Source of the DNA: Polyangiales bacterium
GTDB lineage: Bacteria; Myxococcota_A; Polyangia; Polyangiales; Polyangiaceae
Assembly (NCBI GenBank): GCA_038231275.1
Contig: JBBRLQ010000020.1
Location: 1-64,000 of the forward strand
Length of the DNA: 64,000 nt
Direction: 5' to 3'
In this document: in pieces, positions 59,748-64,000 of the stretch
How the letters are laid out: each line of letters starts with the position of its first letter
How positions within the stretch are numbered: position 1 is the stretch's first letter
Made by a program: the position numbers and the translations under genes
Notes under the pieces: generated by a model
Database searches by the model: none
The model's input: the letters and a program-made list of their open reading frames with translations, nothing else
What the model was told of the DNA's origin: nothing

Positions 59748-61857
59748 TCGTCCGAACGAGAAGATCGGGCTCCACCGGCTTGGTGAGGTGCACGTTGAAC
59801 CCGGCGACCAGGGCGCGCGTGCGATCGTCGGAGCGCGCATACGCGGTGAGGGCGATCGCGGGGATCGCCTTGATGACCTCGGACGGCGACGTTCGAACTG
59901 CGCGGATGAGGGTGTGGCCGTCGGCGTCGGGCATCCCGATGTCGGAGACCATCACGTCACGGTGAAACGGCTCGAGCGCGGCGATCGCTTCGGCGACGCT
60001 CGCGACGGTCTGAACCTCCGCGCCGCACATCTCCAACAGCACGCCGAGCATCTCGCGGGCGTCGGGCTCGTCGTCGACCACGAGGACACGCACCCCGTGG
60101 AGCGCGTGAGGGAGCGACGGGCTCTCGGAGGGCTTCGTCGCGGTGACGGTCTTCACGCCGAGGCTCGCCGATACCAGCGCCCCGACCGGAAGGCGCACCA
60201 CGAACGTCGCGCCGTGGCCGAGCCCGGCGCTCCGTGCGTCGATGACACCGCCGTGCAGCTCGACGAGGTGCTTTGCGATCGACAGGCCGATGCCCAAGCC
60301 TCCGTGTACGCGCGCGGTCGTCGTGTCGGACTGCCGGAAGCTGTCGAATACTTGCGGCAAGAACGCGGGCGAAATCCCCTCGCCGCTGTCCTCCACCACC
60401 AGCTCGAAATCGGACTCCACGCGACGGAGCACGACGCTGACCGTGCCGCCCTTCGGGGTGAATTTGACCGCGTTGGTGACCAGGTTCCACACGACCTGTT
60501 GCAGGCGCTCGCCGTCGCCGCGCATCACAGTGTCGCCGGCTTCGAGATCGACCTTGAGCGTGATGCGTTTGGCCTCGACGGCGGGCCGAATCCCCTCGAG
60601 CGCCATCTCGACCGTGTTCGCGAGATCGACCTGCGATAACGTCACGCGCATCTTTCCGCTGATGATGCGGCTGATGTCGAGCAGATCGGCCACGAGCTGG
60701 TTCTGCGCGCGCGCGTTGCGCTCGATGACCTCGACGGCGTGCTCGCGCTTTGCAAGGTTGAGCGAACCGCTGCGGAGGAGGCGGCTCCAGCCGAGGATGG
60801 CGTTGAGCGGCGTCCGCAGCTCGTGAGAGACCATCGCGACGAACTCGTCCTTGGCGCGGGTCGCCGCCTCGACCCGCGAGCGCTCCTTCTGCGACAGATC
60901 GTAGAGGCGCGCGTTGTCGATCGCGACGGCCGCGCGACGCGCGAGCTCTCCCGCGAGCACCAAGTCGGATTCGGCGTAGTGGCGCTGCGAGTCGCTGTAC
61001 GCGAGGACGAGGGCGCCGAAGGTCGTCTCCTGCACGCGCAGCGGAAGCACCATCCACGAGCACGACTGGATCTGACGAAGCAGCGCGCGATGCTCGTCGT
61101 TCTGCGCGCTCGTCGCCACGGAATCAGGGTCCACGTGCGTGACGATGAGCGGCTCGCCCATACGAATCACCCGGGGGTGCCCGTCCGGCGAGTCGGAGGG
61201 GACGGGAAAGCGCCGATAGAGCTCCCGTAGGAGCGGGATCTTCGCGGGATCGACGTGCGCGATCGGCATCTCGTCGATGCTTGCCCCCTCGAGGTGCACC
61301 GCGCACCAATCCGCGAGCCGCGGAACGAGGAGGCGCGTCAGCCTGGCGAGCGTCGACGTGTAGTCGAGCGACGAGGTGAGGAGCTGCCCCGCCTCCGCCA
61401 GGAACGCGAGGCTCGCGCGCTCGCTATTCAGCTCTCCATCACGATGGCGCGCGTACTCCGCCGCGGCCTCCGCGACGCCCACGTTGAGGCACTTGGAGAG
61501 GACGTCGACCTCGTCGAGCGTGACGGTCGCCTCCATCTCTTTCGCGACCTCGACGATGACGTGCCGCAAGACTCCGTACTCGCGGACGACCCCCTCGAGG
61601 TCGTACCCGAGGCTCCATCGCTGCGCGCCGTGCTGGCGTGCGGTCGGGCTGTCGTCGCCAGCGTCTTGGCTCGGCCGCACCGTGCGCTCCGGGGTGAGCT
61701 CCTCGACGATCTCGTCGAGGAAGATCGGGATGTGATCGACGAGGAGCGACCGCGTGACGCCGGGAGGCGACAACGCCCCTCGCTGCACCTGCGCGACGAA
61801 TCGCCGGACGATGGCGTCGCGGTGATCGAGCATCAGCTGTCGAAGCGTAACGGACAT
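59704..61857 (-). CDS. Hybrid histidine kinase (RsbRD_N-like - GAF - HisKA - HATPase - REC)
   Basis: HG.QR..LGY....VVREY N-domain, GAF ending AIDNARL, SHELRTPL, NAVKFT, GLGIGL, receiver SDIGMP. Confidence 0.92.
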   Translation of the reverse strand: MSVTLRQLMLDHRDAIVRRFVAQVQRGALSPPGVTRSLLVDHIPIFLDEIVEELTPERTVRPSQDAGDDSPTARQHGAQRWSLGYDLEGVVREYGVLRHVIVEVAKEMEATVTLDEVDVLSKCLNVGVAEAAAEYARHRDGELNSERASLAFLAEAGQLLTSSLDYTSTLARLTRLLVPRLADWCAVHLEGASIDEMPIAHVDPAKIPLLRELYRRFPVPSDSPDGHPRVIRMGEPLIVTHVDPDSVATSAQNDEHRALLRQIQSCSWMVLPLRVQETTFGALVLAYSDSQRHYAESDLVLAGELARRAAVAIDNARLYDLSQKERSRVEAATRAKDEFVAMVSHELRTPLNAILGWSRLLRSGSLNLAKREHAVEVIERNARAQNQLVADLLDISRIISGKMRVTLSQVDLANTVEMALEGIRPAVEAKRITLKVDLEAGDTVMRGDGERLQQVVWNLVTNAVKFTPKGGTVSVVLRRVESDFELVVEDSGEGISPAFLPQVFDSFRQSDTTTARVHGGLGIGLSIAKHLVELHGGVIDARSAGLGHGATFVVRLPVGALVSASLGVKTVTATKPSESPSLPHALHGVRVLVVDDEPDAREMLGVLLEMCGAEVQTVASVAEAIAALEPFHRDVMVSDIGMPDADGHTLIRAVRTSPSEVIKAIPAIALTAYARSDDRTRALVAGFNVHLTKPVEPDLLVRTITDLVASRPSGPRG

Positions 61858-61875
61858 CCATTCCCTTTATCGTCG

Positions 61876-62100
61876 TCAGGGCCGTCGCCGTCGACCCTTT
61901 CCGGCAGGCTCGGGTCGCAATAGGAGCTCGAGCTTGCAACGCGTTGCGCCAAGCGCATGCTTGAGAAGGAGGCGTACGACGTCGGCCCGGGTGACCTCGA
62001 GCCCTTGTATACGAATCTGCTTCGCGCATTCTTCTACCTGGTCGACCAGGGTTTCTGGAAGTCGAAATGAGAACTGTTTCCACGCTTCGGTCTGGCTCAT
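61876..62100 (-). CDS. Small ribbon-helix-helix-type DNA-binding protein
   Basis: QFSFRLPETLVDQVE...TRADVVRLLL..AL; AGGAGAG upstream. Confidence 0.7.
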   Translation of the reverse strand: MSQTEAWKQFSFRLPETLVDQVEECAKQIRIQGLEVTRADVVRLLLKHALGATRCKLELLLRPEPAGKGRRRRP

Positions 62101-62126
62101 GAGATCACTCTCCTAGCGTAGGTGCA

Positions 62127-62153
62127 AGAATGGGTGACATCGTCACCCATTCT
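62127..62153. promoter_or_regulatory. Perfect 12-bp inverted repeat upstream of the RHH gene
   Basis: AGAATGGGTGAC-ATC-GTCACCCATTCT. Confidence 0.65.
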
Positions 62154-62294
62154 GATCATTGCAGCGACGATGCCACTCCTCGATGAGCCGCAAAGCACCG
62201 AAGCATGGGCGCCACTGCGGCGAACGCGTCACACTCGCGCAAAGTCGCCACAAGCAGCGCACGGGTCGAGGGCTTCCGCGAGGAGCGCGACCAC

Positions 62295-62310
62295 TGGCAC
62301 GGTCGCTGCG
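62295..62310 (+). promoter_or_regulatory. Sigma54-like promoter
   Basis: TGGCACGGTCGCTGCG (GG-N10-GC), about 15 bp before ATG 62325. Confidence 0.55.
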
Positions 62311-62324
62311 TAGCCAGAGAGCCG

Positions 62325-62801
62325 ATGAGGTCCACCGTCGCGGTCTTGATTGGCGTGGTCTGCCTGGTCGCGTGCGCGGCGACGCCGGAGCTCGACTACG
62401 GAGACGGCAGGGTCGAGCCGAGCATCCTGCACGCCGGTGATGGCGGAGACGGGCGAGACGATGCGGGGCGGGTCGGCGAGGCCGGCACTCCAACGACAGG
62501 AGTGGATGCGTCCGGCGCGGGCGGCGGCGACTCGGGCGGAACGCGTCCCCCTCCACCGCCGATCGATTCTGGTCACGATCCCGGAGCCGATGCCGCGGCG
62601 CCGGCCTGTCCACTCGTCGTGGCGCGGGGTGTCGACTGCTGCGCTTCGCCCACGGGCCCGCGCACCTGCGTCGGTCAGGCGTGCCTGCATTGCGCGGACT
62701 GCTTGCAATCCGGGTACAAAGCGAGCGAGTTTTGCTGCGCCAAGATGAAAAGCGACGAGAAGTACAAGGGGGTTTATTGTGCCGCTTCCTCAGGATGCTG
62801 A
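62325..62801 (+). CDS. Cys-rich hypothetical lipoprotein
   Basis: Lipobox LVAC, DAG linker, C-terminal domain with 11 Cys. Confidence 0.65.
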   Translation: MRSTVAVLIGVVCLVACAATPELDYGDGRVEPSILHAGDGGDGRDDAGRVGEAGTPTTGVDASGAGGGDSGGTRPPPPPIDSGHDPGADAAAPACPLVVARGVDCCASPTGPRTCVGQACLHCADCLQSGYKASEFCCAKMKSDEKYKGVYCAASSGC

Positions 62802-63993
62802 CACGAGCCCCAGATCCGCGTCGACCACCGGGGCGGCGCGTGGCTCGTCCGATGCCGCGACCCGCGACACGCGGCCCATCGTCGTCGAGACCGCGGTGGA
62901 GGTCGCGCACGATGAGCGGAGCGCCCTCGGGTGGACTGCGCTCGCAGCCGTCGCGGCGATCGCGTGGATCGTCGCTCCAATCGGGATAGGCATTCTCCTA
63001 GGGACGCTCTTGGCGTTCATGGTCCAACCCGTGTTCGAGCGCCTGAAGCCGCGGCTCGGCGGCCGCGGGTCGGCGATGGCGACGGTCCTCGGCTCCACGC
63101 TGGCGCTCGGAGGAACGATCGCGGGACTTGCTTGGTTGTTCGTGGCGCGCGGTGCGGTCCTCATGCGCGAGCTCATCGCGTCGCTCGGTCCCGACGGGCG
63201 AGGAGGAGTGGATCTGAACGCGACGGGGCAGATCTTGGCGAAGCTCGGTCTTTCGGTGCCCGAGTTCACGGCGCGGATGCGCGCGCTCGCCGAGATGGCC
63301 GCCGTGCGCGCAGAGGGCTTCGCGGAGGACCTGCTCGCGACGACTGCCAGCGCGATGCTCGCCCTCTTCTTCTCGATGCTATCGCTGCACTACATCCTCC
63401 GGAACTGGCTGTCGGTCGCCCGACTCGCCGAGGAGACCTTCCCGCTGAGGCCGGACTACACCGCCGAGCTCTTCGCCGAGTTCCGCCGCGTCGGGCGCAC
63501 GAGCCTCTTCGGAACGATCGTCACCGGTCTCGCGCAGGGCGCCTTCGCGACGCTCGGGTTCTGGATCACCGGAGTGCGCGAGCCGCTCTTCTTCGGCGCC
63601 GCCACGGCGCTAGCGTCGTTGATCCCGGCTGTCGGGACGATGATCGTGTGGGTTCCAGCGGGCATCATCCTCGTCGCAGCGGGCCACCCTGCGCGCGGCG
63701 CGATCGAGCTCGCGTGGGGCGTGGTCATGGTCATCGGCGTGCCGGACTACGTGCTGCGCCCCCGGCTCATCGGCGGCGAGAGCGAGATCCCGTCGATCCT
63801 GACTTTCGCGGCACTCTTCGGCGGCGTCGAGGTCTTTGGCCTCAAGGGTCTCATCGTCGGACCGGTGGTGATGGCCGTGGCGATCGCGGTGCTGCGCCTC
63901 TACGCGAGTGAGGCAAGAAAGCGCCGCGCCGCGTTTCGTTCGCGCGCGCGCAACCAGCCCGCCGCAGGTGTGGCGGGTTCGCCGCCCACCTGA
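62779..63993 (+). CDS. AI-2E family transporter
   Basis: LAFMVQP, AQG, SLIPAVG, WVP, DYVLRPRL, GG...FG.KGLIVGP; start uncertain. Confidence 0.9.
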   Translation: MPLPQDADTSPRSASTTGAARGSSDAATRDTRPIVVETAVEVAHDERSALGWTALAAVAAIAWIVAPIGIGILLGTLLAFMVQPVFERLKPRLGGRGSAMATVLGSTLALGGTIAGLAWLFVARGAVLMRELIASLGPDGRGGVDLNATGQILAKLGLSVPEFTARMRALAEMAAVRAEGFAEDLLATTASAMLALFFSMLSLHYILRNWLSVARLAEETFPLRPDYTAELFAEFRRVGRTSLFGTIVTGLAQGAFATLGFWITGVREPLFFGAATALASLIPAVGTMIVWVPAGIILVAAGHPARGAIELAWGVVMVIGVPDYVLRPRLIGGESEIPSILTFAALFGGVEVFGLKGLIVGPVVMAVAIAVLRLYASEARKRRAAFRSRARNQPAAGVAGSPPT

Positions 63994-64000
63994 CGCCTCT

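Overview
High-GC (roughly 70%, by eye) chromosomal segment whose gene style points to a myxobacterium (Myxococcota, probably Polyangiales; inference). That style includes many lipoproteins with DAG/DGG linkers, a MYXO-CTERM-like protein, Hanks kinases, a giant TPR protein and sigma54-type promoters. About 58 protein genes are supported. Housekeeping genes: glyS, ppdK, hemL, glyA, apaG, tam. Fe-S genes: an iscS-iscU-iscA-hscB-hscA-fdx operon, cyaY and a HiPIP. There are also several two-component proteins, regulators, hydrolases and unknown lipoproteins. No tRNA/rRNA, CRISPR array, transposase, integrase or phage gene was recognised. The best candidate for an undescribed system is the ISC locus. 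Instead of an Rrf2-family IscR, it is headed by a MerR-family regulator with a five-Cys C-terminal motif (CX2CX8CX2CX4C) whose stop codon abuts the iscS start, and it is preceded by dyad elements. A DUF2325-cyaY pair behind an AT-rich regulatory region lies 4.5 kb away. Other leads: a MYXO-CTERM-like protein coupled to a PDZ-CPBP protease, an AraC regulator with a SpoIIAA/STAS-like sensor and a visible operator, an RclR-like AraC/duplicated-domain lipoprotein pair, an RHH gene with a 12-bp palindrome, and REP-like repeats. All family calls come from motif reading, not database searches. Several start codons were moved from the ORF track and are estimates.
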